Of a DNA stretch of 64,000 bases, positions 1 to 8,217 are shown piece by piece. This DNA is from Candidatus Bathyarchaeota archaeon (GTDB taxonomy: Archaea > Thermoproteota > Bathyarchaeia > Bathyarchaeales > Bathyarchaeaceae). The stretch spans positions 5,359 to 69,358 of the forward strand of contig JAUWDY010000005.1 of assembly GCA_030608565.1 (NCBI GenBank), given 5' to 3'. The first letter of the stretch is position 1. Every line of letters starts with the position of its first letter. Both the position numbers and the translations under genes were made by a program. Below the pieces are notes generated by a model that was given only the letters and a program-made list of their open reading frames with translations, ran no database searches and was not told the origin of the DNA.

Positions 1-343
1 TGGTGTTTTGGGTATGGCTGTTGTCAAAGGGGTTGCTATGGTCATATCCTTTGTTCTGACGGTTGTTGTTCTCCGGAAGCGTATGCCGATAAGATTTGAC
101 GGAGAAGCGGTGTGGAAAAGCTGGGCTGCTGCTATTGGGATGTTTGTAGCCGTGTGGTTGGTGGAGTATGTGTATTTTAGTCCGTATCTGCTACCTCTCT
201 ATGTGGTTGTGGGCGGAGTCGTATATGCGGTTGCTTTGAGGCTTTTGGGAGCTGTGAACGAGAATGATATGAGGCTCATCCGGAATCTTTTGGGAAAGAA
301 GGGCACAGTAATAGTGAATGTTGTTGAAAAAGTTCTTGTTTAG
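1..343 (+). CDS. C-terminal fragment of a polytopic membrane protein, possibly a Wzx/MOP-type glycan flippase (5' end outside window)
   Basis: The frame is open to the window edge, with no in-frame stop upstream of track ORF 8..343. Three hydrophobic helices are followed by a short basic tail (NENDMRLIRNLLGKKG). The family call rests on resemblance and context only. Confidence 0.35.
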   Translation, partial: GVLGMAVVKGVAMVISFVLTVVVLRKRMPIRFDGEAVWKSWAAAIGMFVAVWLVEYVYFSPYLLPLYVVVGGVVYAVALRLLGAVNENDMRLIRNLLGKKGTVIVNVVEKVLV

Positions 344-631
344 TTGGTGCATGCATGCTAGAAAGCCCTGAAGCTATGGCCGAGTTACTACGTGATGAAA
401 TCAAGCGTAAGCTGGGTGTAAACGGTGGCCGGAGGGAATAGAAGATAATCAATGAGGATAACCTTGCTAGCTACCTTAGTGAAGGATGGCGATACGTGAA
501 TTCCTTGGAGACACTTAGAAGTCTCAGCTGTTTTCCTATGCTATTTATCCTAGTTTCCCTAGCGCACTAGACTGTGCGAATTTACCTTGGGTTAATTCGA
601 TCTACCTGTGCCAATTGCATGTCTAAGTCGG

Positions 632-647
632 TTCATGCATGCATGAA
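632..647. promoter_or_regulatory. Perfect 16-bp palindrome TTCATGCATGCATGAA (member of the recurrent intergenic TGCATGCA motif family)
   Basis: Read directly from the sequence. The reverse complement is identical. It is intergenic, 5 nt downstream of the stop of the minus-strand gene ending at 652. Its function is unknown. Confidence 0.3.
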
Positions 648-651
648 GTTA

Positions 652-1173
652 TCATAGAGTCATATATATGCCAATGGATGCCCATATTTTTACAGATGGA
701 GAACCGTTCGTTATGCTTATGCTTACGAAAGGCGATGGAATGTTATAGGTTCTACTGGTGTAAGATGTGGAAACCTCCCACGAAGGTTCTTCCATGAAGA
801 ACCAGTGTGTCTCACCCTCAGCCATAGGAAATTCACCCGTTACCCACACATATATCTCTGGCAATTGTGCCCTAATTACAACAGTCATTTGTTTGTACCC
901 TTGCGTTGCGTTGTATATGTCCAAGCGTGTTGCTGGGCTTATCCATAGCCATTCTGCCCACCAATACGTGCTATACTTCGTGTATACTGTTCTTGTTGGA
1001 TCTCCTGAACTGCCATATTCTCCTGCCAATATATACAGGTCGTCAGTGTCTACGTCGCCGTCTTCATCGTGGTCAAGTCAAGGATCATATCCTGTGCTTG
1101 CAGCTATGAAGAGTGTAGAAGTCAAACAGAAAGCCAAAGCAAGTACCAATATGTGTCTTTTCTTTGGCATCAT
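652..1173 (-). pseudogene. Small secreted protein with an N-terminal single dockerin-like Ca-loop; frame interrupted by an in-frame TGA at 1080..1078
   Basis: A GAGGTGAT box precedes ATGATG at 1173. The signal peptide MMPKKRHILVLALAFCLTSTLFIAASTGYDP runs into TGA. The same frame continues LDHDEDGDVDTDDLYILAGEYGSS... into track ORF 652..1029. Antisense track ORFs 767..1207 and 906..1109 look like shadow ORFs. Confidence 0.4.
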
Positions 1174-1223
1174 ATCACCTCTTTTCCTGCCACTCGTAGT
1201 GAAGTAGTTGCCAGGATCACTCG

Positions 1224-2045
1224 TTACAGGGCGGTTCTTCCTAGATTTCTTGCCACTATAACTAGGTCTCGCATATCCACTATTCCATCCTCGTTCAAGT
1301 CGGCATCAGGGTTGTATCCGGGCTCTCCCTGAAAGCAACCGTACGAGAGTGAAACTATGGTCAAGTCAAAGATGTTTACAATGCCATCGTCGTTGACATC
1401 ACCTGTAGGAGCAATATTTGTGAAGTAACCGTCTACTACTGTGAAAGTTATGGTTTCACCAGTGCTATCAAGCAGCTTTGTTGGCAGAGTTCCGTTGAGA
1501 CGTATCGTTAGGTCGGTGGAGCCGTAATCCACAATGAGAAACTCTATCGTGACGAGTTGACCACTTCCATTAACGCCAGAGTAGTCTCCGAGGACTGATT
1601 CGGCAACTGTTGCGTGTCCTGTTTCATTGCTTACGCGCATGATGTCAGCGATGCGAGAAGTGCCAAACGGCGAAGTGGTTTGAGCTAACAGATCACCGTA
1701 TGCGACGATTCTTGTGAAGTTCAACACAGTGGGGTTCCAAGTCAAATTGACATTCCAAGTATACAAGTCCGTCACATCTGAGATGTTTGCGTGAACCTGA
1801 AACGTATCGCTGATGTTGAAACCTAGGTCCCACCCGTAATTCCCAGAGATTTTCGAAGGGTCTACAAAGACGTTAGGCGTTTGCTGAGCTGTTTGCGTTG
1901 AAGCTGCATTTTCCATTGAGAACTTCGGAGTATCAATAAGACCTGAGCTGAGAACTAGTGGAACAGCCAACAAAACGAAGCAAATAGCTGTAATGCTGAA
2001 GATCTTCATGTTCTTTTTCATGTTCTTATCACCCTGTGCATACAT
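1224..2045 (-). CDS. Secreted cohesin + dockerin (adaptor-type) protein
   Basis: It has a signal peptide. The probable true start is the ATG at 2021, preceded by GGTGAT. Residues ~58-210 are cohesin-like (DVTDLYTWNVNLTWNPTVLNF ... GVNGSGQLVTIEFLIV ... VVDGYF). The C-terminus is a two-segment dockerin, GDVNDDGIVNIFDL...DADLNEDGIVDMRDL (nt 1227-1406). Confidence 0.75.
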   Translation of the reverse strand: MYAQGDKNMKKNMKIFSITAICFVLLAVPLVLSSGLIDTPKFSMENAASTQTAQQTPNVFVDPSKISGNYGWDLGFNISDTFQVHANISDVTDLYTWNVNLTWNPTVLNFTRIVAYGDLLAQTTSPFGTSRIADIMRVSNETGHATVAESVLGDYSGVNGSGQLVTIEFLIVDYGSTDLTIRLNGTLPTKLLDSTGETITFTVVDGYFTNIAPTGDVNDDGIVNIFDLTIVSLSYGCFQGEPGYNPDADLNEDGIVDMRDLVIVARNLGRTAL

Positions 2046-2050
2046 GCAGC

Positions 2051-4396
2051 TTATCTTGGTTGTTTCCGTTTTTTGTACGTGTGGAGTCCTGCTACTGCCA
2101 CGATTCCGCCTAGGCTTAGTAGGCTGAAGGTTTTGCCGTAGTTTCGGCCGATTATATACAGGTCTTTGTTGTCTACTACGCCGTCCATGTTGATGTCACC
2201 ATAAATCCAAGAAGGCTCCTTTATCAGCCATATGCGGACGCGAATGTAGTTCCAGTAGGGGTCGGTTTTGCCGCGATACAGGATGATTGTATTTTTTGTT
2301 AAGCCAGTCATAGTGAAGCCCATCTCAACATCAGTCTTAACCAGCCAAAAATCACCGCCGCCAGCGCCATAGGAGAGGGTGTAGCCCGCTAAAGCATATC
2401 CTCCATCACTCGTCTGAACCACAGAATATGCATAGTCATCGCTTTTCCCTCCATATGTTCGGCTCCACTGCGTGACTCCAAACGCATCAGTTCTAACCAA
2501 CCAGAAATCATAGCCACCAGCACCGGAGGAATTTGTGTAGCCCGCTAAAGCGTATCCTCCATCACTCGTCTGAACCACGGAATGGGCAACGTCGCTACCT
2601 GCTCTTCCGTATGTTTTGTTCCACTGCAAGGTTCCAACCGAATCAGTCTTTACTAGATAGAAATCATTGCTGCTAACACCGTAGGGGCTTGTGTAGCCTG
2701 CCAAGGCGTATCCTCCGTCGCCAGTTTCAATCACAGAAGCGGCAAAGGCGTCGGTTCCGTATGTTTTGTTCCACTGCGGAATACCCCAAATGTCAGTCTT
2801 AAGCAACCAGGAAGGAGCACTGTACGAGAGGAGTTGTCCTGCCATGGCGTATCCTCCGTCACTCGTTTGAATCACTGAAGAGGCAAAGTCATAGCCCATT
2901 CCCCCGAATGTTCGATTCCATTCCATATTGCCAACGGAATCGGTCTTAACAAACCAGAAATTAGAGTAGGTAGGAGTGCCAGTGCCATAGGAGAAGGTGT
3001 AGCCAACTAATGCGTATCCTCTATCAACAGTTTGGACAACAGAAACGGCATAGTCATTGTATGCTCCTCCGTACGTTTTTTTCCACTGCAGGTCTCCAGC
3101 GGAGTCTGTTTTAACCAGCCAAAAATCAGCGTCACCAGCACCAGAAGAATTTGTGTAGCCCGCTAAAGCGTATCCTCCATCACTCGTCCGAATCAAAGAA
3201 TTGACAGCGTCCTCGCTTGCTCCTCCATAAGTTCTGCTCCATCCAACAATGAGATTTACTCCACTGAAATTCCTTCGGTGTCCCACATTCATCTCACCAG
3301 TTATCTTAACCAGCCAGAAATCATTGGAATTAGGAGCGTCAGAAGCATAAAAGTAGGTGTATCCAGCTAACGCATATCCTCCGTCACTCGTCTCAACCAC
3401 AGAATAGGCAAAATCGTTCCACACTCCTCCGTACGCTCGGCTCCACTCCATATTACCAACTCCGTCGGTCTTGACCAGCCAGGAATTAGAGGCGGTAGGA
3501 GTGCCAGTGCCATAGGAGTAGGTGTAGCCAACTAATGCGTATCCTCCGTCACCTGTCTCAACCAAAGAGTAGGCAAAATCATCGCCTACGACTGCGTCTC
3601 CGTAGGTTTTATTCCACTGCGCGTTTCCAGCCAAATCGGTCTTAACAAGCCAGGCAGCAGAACCTGTGGAACCAGTCAAAGCGTAGCCTTCATCACCTGT
3701 CTGAACCAAAGAATAGGCAAAATCATCAGAGCCTGGTCCTGTGTATGCTCGACTCCACTGCATATTGCCCGCAGAGTCAGTCTTAACCAACCAGAAATTG
3801 CGGTATGTAGGAGTGCCAACACCGTAAGAGTAGGTGTAGCCTACCAAGGCGTATCCTCCGTCATCAGCTAGAACCACAGAATAGGCACGATCGCTGTACG
3901 TTCCTCCGTAGGTTCCATTCCACTGCACGTAACCAGCGGAGTCTGTTTTAACCAGCCAAAAATCAGCGTCACCAGCACCATAAGAGCTGGTTAGGCCTGC
4001 TATGGCGTATCCTCCATCACTCGTCTTAACCACAGAACGGGCATAGTCACCGCTTGCTCCTCCATAAGTTCTGGTCCATTCAATTGCGCCACCTATAGGA
4101 TCAAGACTCACTTTTCCACTGACATCCACAACCACATCAGTCGTGTTCAAACCGTGATTCAAAGTCACATACTGCCCACACTTCGTCGTAATGTCCACCC
4201 AGCCACTATCATAGCTCGGCGGATTCGTGAAATGCCCTACAGACTCAGAAGGCGACTCCTGCTGCGGTGCAGGTCCGCTCTCCTCCGCTAATGGCGGCGC
4301 AACCGTTCCAGCCAAGCCGAACACCACAGCAAAGATAGCCAGTAAAACCACTGCAACCAAATACTTACTACTCGCTCTCAAAGAATCTCTCTCCAA
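2051..4396 (-). CDS. Secreted beta-propeller repeat protein (SBBP-like repeats) with a single dockerin-like segment and a C-terminal TM anchor
   Basis: It has an N-terminal signal anchor. About 11 repeats of ~47 aa follow (W-x-[RK]-T-Y-G-G ... D-x-A-x-S-V-[VI]-Q-T-S-D-G-G-Y-A-L-A-G-Y-T ... D-F-W-L-V-K-T-D), spanning nt ~2327-4084. The C-terminus reads YGDINMDGVVDNKDLYIIGRNYGKT and then SLLSLGGIVAVAGLHTYKKRKQPR. Confidence 0.75.
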   Translation of the reverse strand: MERDSLRASSKYLVAVVLLAIFAVVFGLAGTVAPPLAEESGPAPQQESPSESVGHFTNPPSYDSGWVDITTKCGQYVTLNHGLNTTDVVVDVSGKVSLDPIGGAIEWTRTYGGASGDYARSVVKTSDGGYAIAGLTSSYGAGDADFWLVKTDSAGYVQWNGTYGGTYSDRAYSVVLADDGGYALVGYTYSYGVGTPTYRNFWLVKTDSAGNMQWSRAYTGPGSDDFAYSLVQTGDEGYALTGSTGSAAWLVKTDLAGNAQWNKTYGDAVVGDDFAYSLVETGDGGYALVGYTYSYGTGTPTASNSWLVKTDGVGNMEWSRAYGGVWNDFAYSVVETSDGGYALAGYTYFYASDAPNSNDFWLVKITGEMNVGHRRNFSGVNLIVGWSRTYGGASEDAVNSLIRTSDGGYALAGYTNSSGAGDADFWLVKTDSAGDLQWKKTYGGAYNDYAVSVVQTVDRGYALVGYTFSYGTGTPTYSNFWFVKTDSVGNMEWNRTFGGMGYDFASSVIQTSDGGYAMAGQLLSYSAPSWLLKTDIWGIPQWNKTYGTDAFAASVIETGDGGYALAGYTSPYGVSSNDFYLVKTDSVGTLQWNKTYGRAGSDVAHSVVQTSDGGYALAGYTNSSGAGGYDFWLVRTDAFGVTQWSRTYGGKSDDYAYSVVQTSDGGYALAGYTLSYGAGGGDFWLVKTDVEMGFTMTGLTKNTIILYRGKTDPYWNYIRVRIWLIKEPSWIYGDINMDGVVDNKDLYIIGRNYGKTFSLLSLGGIVAVAGLHTYKKRKQPR

Positions 4397-4649
4397 CCAA
4401 TACTCGTCACCTTAATCAATAAAGCCTTTATGGATCACAATTCTATACGAAAACTAGCATGAACAGCATCGATTCCAAACAGGAAACGGCTCTAATGTAG
4501 CGGTTGGGGTTTGGGGCTAAACGTTTAAGAAAGAGAGCTCTAAGCACGCATAAGGGTTTAACATACTTCGTGGACCTTTCTTATACACTTCATCATTTGA
4601 CGCCCAACTCTGACATGCATGCATTGGACTAGGTCTAAGCGATTAATAT

Positions 4650-4886
4650 ATGAAGAAGGGCAGCTTAGTGGTCATGAGGATAATGCACAAGATTAGCTTG
4701 TCTGTGTCTGCTCTGAAGAGTAGGATTAATTTTTTTTATGTTCTGGCTTTTGTGCCGCTTGTGCTAATTGGGTATTACAAATACGTTAGTGGATATAGCA
4801 TCCTTGGTGCATTGATTCCTTTCTATGGGTTTCTTCTTCTTTTCTCCAAAAGAGACAAGTTATCTCTATTCCCTGATGCTGGCTAG
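4650..4886 (+). pseudogene. Truncated archaeosortase/exosortase-like N-terminal fragment (78 aa)
   Basis: The fragment ...LKSRINFFYVLAFVPLVLIGYYKY...IPFYGFLLLFSKRDKLSLFP aligns by eye with the N-terminus of the full-length gene at 6223..7086 (...FKERINTFYLLAFIPFLLLTYYHI...IPIYGFILLLIKKQKLQLCHP). It stops after two helices, and no continuation is seen in any frame. Confidence 0.4.
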
Positions 4887-5010
4887 TTCTTTGGGTATGT
4901 CTCTCTCTTTAGACCCCCCCTATAATTTTTTTGTTCTTCACAAAGCTTGTTTCTCGTTTGTTTTTTGGAAATAAGCTTGAAAACGGTTTATCTCACGTCT
5001 GGAATTGACG

Positions 5011-5050
5011 GGAAAAGGCTGGAAAAGGTTGAAAAAGGTTGGAAAAGGCT
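5011..5050. repeat. 4 x 10-bp tandem repeat GGAAAAGGYT
   Basis: The sequence ggaaaaggct ggaaaaggtt gaaaaaggtt ggaaaaggct was read directly. It is intergenic, between the truncated archaeosortase remnant and the 3' end of the epimerase gene. Confidence 0.8.
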
Positions 5051-5163
5051 CGAATCGACAGCGGCTGTATTGGAGGACGCGGGGTTTCATGTGATGCTGC
5101 AAACGCGCGCGGGCTCCTTAACCGCAGGTTCCCTACCTAGGGGGGTGTTGAGTTGTATGATCG

Positions 5164-6135
5164 TTAGTAGCGCCATGGCCATCCGTGTTTTTCGTATCCC
5201 CACAGTTTGCCGTTTTTGAGGTACCATTGAATCATTTTTTTGATGCCTTCTTCGAATGTTGTTGTGGGTTTCCATTTCAGGAGTTTTTTGGCTTTTCTGT
5301 TTTCGGTGATGAGTGTGTCGACGTCTTTTGGTCTTAATCTGCTCTCCTCAATGACAACTTCTTTTTCTTGGGTGTTTGTTTCTTTTTTTATCAGGTTTAG
5401 TATGTCTTTCATTTTCCATGTTTTGCGTGTTCCGATGTTTATTATTTCGCCTTCTACGTTGGGTGTTTGAAGGGCGGCTATCATCGCCTCTACTGTATCT
5501 TCTACGTAGGTGAAGTCTCGGCTTGTTTCCAGGTTTCCAACATGTATAGTGGGTTCTTTGAGGCATTGTCTTATCATTTCTGGTATGAAGTAGGGTAGGC
5601 TTTCTCGTGGTCCGAAGGTGTTGAAGGGTCGTAGTATGACTACTGGGAGTTTGTGTTCCCAGTGGAGGGTTTGGGCCCACATGTCAGCGGTGGCTTTGGC
5701 TACTGCATATGTGCTATGAGGGTGTAGGGGGTGTTGTTCGTTCATAGGTGTATTTTGCGCGGTGCCGTAGACTTCGCTGCTACTTATGTGAATTAGTCGG
5801 TTGACGTTGTTGTCTAGGCAGGCTTTGAAGATGTTGAGGCTTCCTGTGGCGTTTACTTGTGCCGTTTGGAGTGGCAATTCGTAGCTTAGGGGCACGAAGG
5901 CTTGGGCGGCTAAATGCATTATGTATGGGTGCTTGTGAATTGCTGAGGAGACGGCTTTGAAATCTCTCACATCACCTTGTATGAACCTTAATTTTTTGTT
6001 CTTTGGCAGGTTGTCGCGTAGCCCTGAACTCAAGTCGTCAAAAACTGTTACTTCAAATTGTTCTTTGAGCAGTTTTCGAACTAGGGTGCTGCCTATGAAG
6101 CCTGCTCCCCCGGTTACCAAAACTTTCTTGTCCAT
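5164..6135 (-). CDS. NAD-dependent sugar-nucleotide epimerase/dehydratase (extended SDR, RfbB/GalE/UXS-like)
   Basis: It has the Rossmann motif VTGGAGFIGS and the catalytic S...YxxxK pair (SSSEVYG ... YAVAKATAD). The ~320-aa layout fits an extended SDR. Confidence 0.85.
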   Translation of the reverse strand: MDKKVLVTGGAGFIGSTLVRKLLKEQFEVTVFDDLSSGLRDNLPKNKKLRFIQGDVRDFKAVSSAIHKHPYIMHLAAQAFVPLSYELPLQTAQVNATGSLNIFKACLDNNVNRLIHISSSEVYGTAQNTPMNEQHPLHPHSTYAVAKATADMWAQTLHWEHKLPVVILRPFNTFGPRESLPYFIPEMIRQCLKEPTIHVGNLETSRDFTYVEDTVEAMIAALQTPNVEGEIINIGTRKTWKMKDILNLIKKETNTQEKEVVIEESRLRPKDVDTLITENRKAKKLLKWKPTTTFEEGIKKMIQWYLKNGKLWGYEKHGWPWRY

Positions 6136-6222
6136 TCAGAACCCCCGTGATAGTTTAGTTGTGTAACGGTTTTTGTTTATATGTGGGTTTCTGAGTGATA
6201 AAACTCTGTGGGGTTGTTCTGT

Positions 6223-7086
6223 TCACGTTTGACTGGTTTTCTTGGAGTATAGGTAGAGGAATGTGGTGAGCCATGTGATGAAGATGGCGTATCCTATAAC
6301 GTAGTGGATTTGTCCTCCTACTTCGGCTCCGTAGAAGTAGTCGGTTATGAGTATGATGAGGACTCGCAGAATGTTTAGGACAAGTACTCCTGACACGCCG
6401 ACTAGAGACCATGTTATTTTTGATTTTAGGTTGCCGGGTTCTTCAATTAGCAGAATCACTAATATTATGGAAAAGATTAGGACGCTGGAAATGCCTACAC
6501 AATACCAGTTAAAAACTGCTGTGATCGTTCCTCCTTGTATTGTGGGAAAACTGATTATGGGAAGATGATTTGGGAAGTAAATGGTTGCTTGGACACCAAA
6601 TGCGTTTAGAATGCCTTGTATAAGGTATGCGAATTGAGAAGTTATAAGGGGGGAGAGATGGGGCTCTAACCATTCTGAAATGAAGGAACTTGAGGTTGCG
6701 GCTATGATTAGAAATATGGATGAAGACGTTTCTTTTAGGGCTGAAGCTTCGAAGAATGTGAGGCATAATCCAAGAAGGTAGATGGCGTAGTTTGCTGCTG
6801 TATAGAAGCTGGCAGAAGGGAAAAACGGGACTAATGCGTAATAGATGAAAAAACTTCCGATTACTATAAGGAGGCCTAAGGCTTTTTGTATGGGTTTCGC
6901 CGGGTGACAAAGCTGTAGCTTTTGTTTTTTGATTAGAAGGAGAATGAAACCGTATATGGGGATGATTATGGCGAATGGCCATACGATGTGGTAGTATGTG
7001 AGCAGTAGGAACGGGATGAAAGCCAGTAGGTAGAAGGTGTTGATTCTCTCTTTGAATGTGGACAGAATTGTGTGGAATTTCAACAT
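6223..7086 (-). CDS. Archaeosortase/exosortase-family transpeptidase (polytopic membrane protein)
   Basis: The 287-aa product has ~8 hydrophobic helices. Candidate Cys/Arg/His residues occur in the order and context of exosortase/archaeosortase families: FNWYCVGISS ... LNILRVLI ... IHYVIGY. The gene is embedded in a glycan cluster. Confidence 0.65.
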   Translation of the reverse strand: MLKFHTILSTFKERINTFYLLAFIPFLLLTYYHIVWPFAIIIPIYGFILLLIKKQKLQLCHPAKPIQKALGLLIVIGSFFIYYALVPFFPSASFYTAANYAIYLLGLCLTFFEASALKETSSSIFLIIAATSSSFISEWLEPHLSPLITSQFAYLIQGILNAFGVQATIYFPNHLPIISFPTIQGGTITAVFNWYCVGISSVLIFSIILVILLIEEPGNLKSKITWSLVGVSGVLVLNILRVLIILITDYFYGAEVGGQIHYVIGYAIFITWLTTFLYLYSKKTSQT

Positions 7087-7101
7087 GGTTTCTTATTTCC
7101 T

Positions 7102-8217
7102 CTAAGGTTTGGTCAATGCTTTCCTTAGTGTGGATGCCATGTACTCCAGTTCGCTTTGGGTGAGTTGGGGAGAGTTTGAGACGTAAAAGCCGTTTTGGTT
7201 GGCTTCTTGGGCCACCGGACACTCGTTGATGTTGTATCCAAGGTGTTGGTAGGGTGGTTGTGTTGGTATAAAGGATAAGAGAGGTCTGGTTTCGATTCCT
7301 TGGTTTTCTAGGTATTCAACGGCTTTCTCTTTCTGTTTTCTTCTTTTCGTGATGATGTGATAGACGTAGTATACGTTGAAGGCGTAGCTTTTTGTGGTTG
7401 GCAATTTTACTTCCAAATCATTGAGTTGTTTGTTGAGGTATTCAACGTTTTTTCTCCTTTTTTGAATGTACGTATCCAGCTTTCGCATCTGCACGATGCC
7501 TATTGCTGCGTGGATATCAGACATTTTATAGTTGTAACCCAAGATTGGATGATGGAATTTACGGTGTCTGTCCATCCCATGATTTCGAAGCACCCGCATT
7601 TTTTCAGCTAGTTCTTTATCGCTTGTGAGTACGATGCCTCCTTCTCCTGTGGTGATCATTTTGTCTCCATAGAAGCTGAAGCAGGCGATGTGTCCGAGGG
7701 ATCCTGTCTTTCTGCCTTTGTATTTTGCTCCGAGAGCGTGAGCCGCATCTTCAACTACGTAAATGCCGTGTTTTTCAGCGGTCTCCATGATGGGGTCCAT
7801 GTCAATGGGATGACCAAACATATGGACTGGTAGTATGGCTTTTGTTCTTTTAGTGATCTTTTTTTCGACGATGGATGGGTTGACGTTTAGGGTTGTGGGT
7901 TCCACATCTGCGAATACTGGTTTTGCGTGGAGGTAGAGTATGGGGTTGGCAGTGGATACGCAAGATAGGGGCGTGGTTACCACTTCGTTGTCGTTTTGTA
8001 CGCCGATGGCGGCTAATGCTGTGTGGAGAGCGGTTGTTCCGCTTGTGGTGGCTATTCCGTATTTGGCATCGCAGTAGTTGGCGAATGATTTTTCAAATTC
8101 CTCAACTTTTTTGCCTTGTGTTATCCACCCGCTTTTCATCGTTTTTACTACCGCTTCTATTTCCTTAGTTCCTATGTCGGGTTTTGCGATTGGTATTTTC
8201 ACGTTAGGGTTCCTCAC
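7102..8217 (-). CDS. DegT/DnrJ/EryC1/StrS-family PLP-dependent sugar aminotransferase
   Basis: Motifs seen: GWITQGKKVEEFE, TSGTTALH, the PLP-lysine box FSFYGDKMITTGEGG, and LRNHG. The 371-aa length fits the family. Confidence 0.85.
   Translation of the reverse strand: MRNPNVKIPIAKPDIGTKEIEAVVKTMKSGWITQGKKVEEFEKSFANYCDAKYGIATTSGTTALHTALAAIGVQNDNEVVTTPLSCVSTANPILYLHAKPVFADVEPTTLNVNPSIVEKKITKRTKAILPVHMFGHPIDMDPIMETAEKHGIYVVEDAAHALGAKYKGRKTGSLGHIACFSFYGDKMITTGEGGIVLTSDKELAEKMRVLRNHGMDRHRKFHHPILGYNYKMSDIHAAIGIVQMRKLDTYIQKRRKNVEYLNKQLNDLEVKLPTTKSYAFNVYYVYHIITKRRKQKEKAVEYLENQGIETRPLLSFIPTQPPYQHLGYNINECPVAQEANQNGFYVSNSPQLTQSELEYMASTLRKALTKP

Noticed and set aside
376-567. A short ORF in the 308-bp gap (MAELLRDEIKRKLGVNGGRRE, then in-frame TAG, then KIINEDNLASYLSEGWRYVNSL...)
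   Set aside because: It is only 21 codons long before the stop. It has no ribosome-binding box and no motif that I can name with confidence. It may be a decayed remnant, but that cannot be supported from sequence alone.
1078-1080. The in-frame TGA as a selenocysteine or programmed recoding site
   Set aside because: I see no supporting element. The position, directly after a signal peptide, is not a redox-active context. A pseudogene or a sequencing error is the simpler explanation.
5087-7222. Alternative-frame track ORFs inside the glycan cluster (5348..5680, 6155..6412, 6509..7222; likewise 16831..17397, 17797..18328, 31603..32130, 33768..34214)
   Set aside because: They overlap ORFs that carry clear family motifs. 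Their own translations are compositionally odd (His/Arg/Pro/Ser-rich) and lack motifs.
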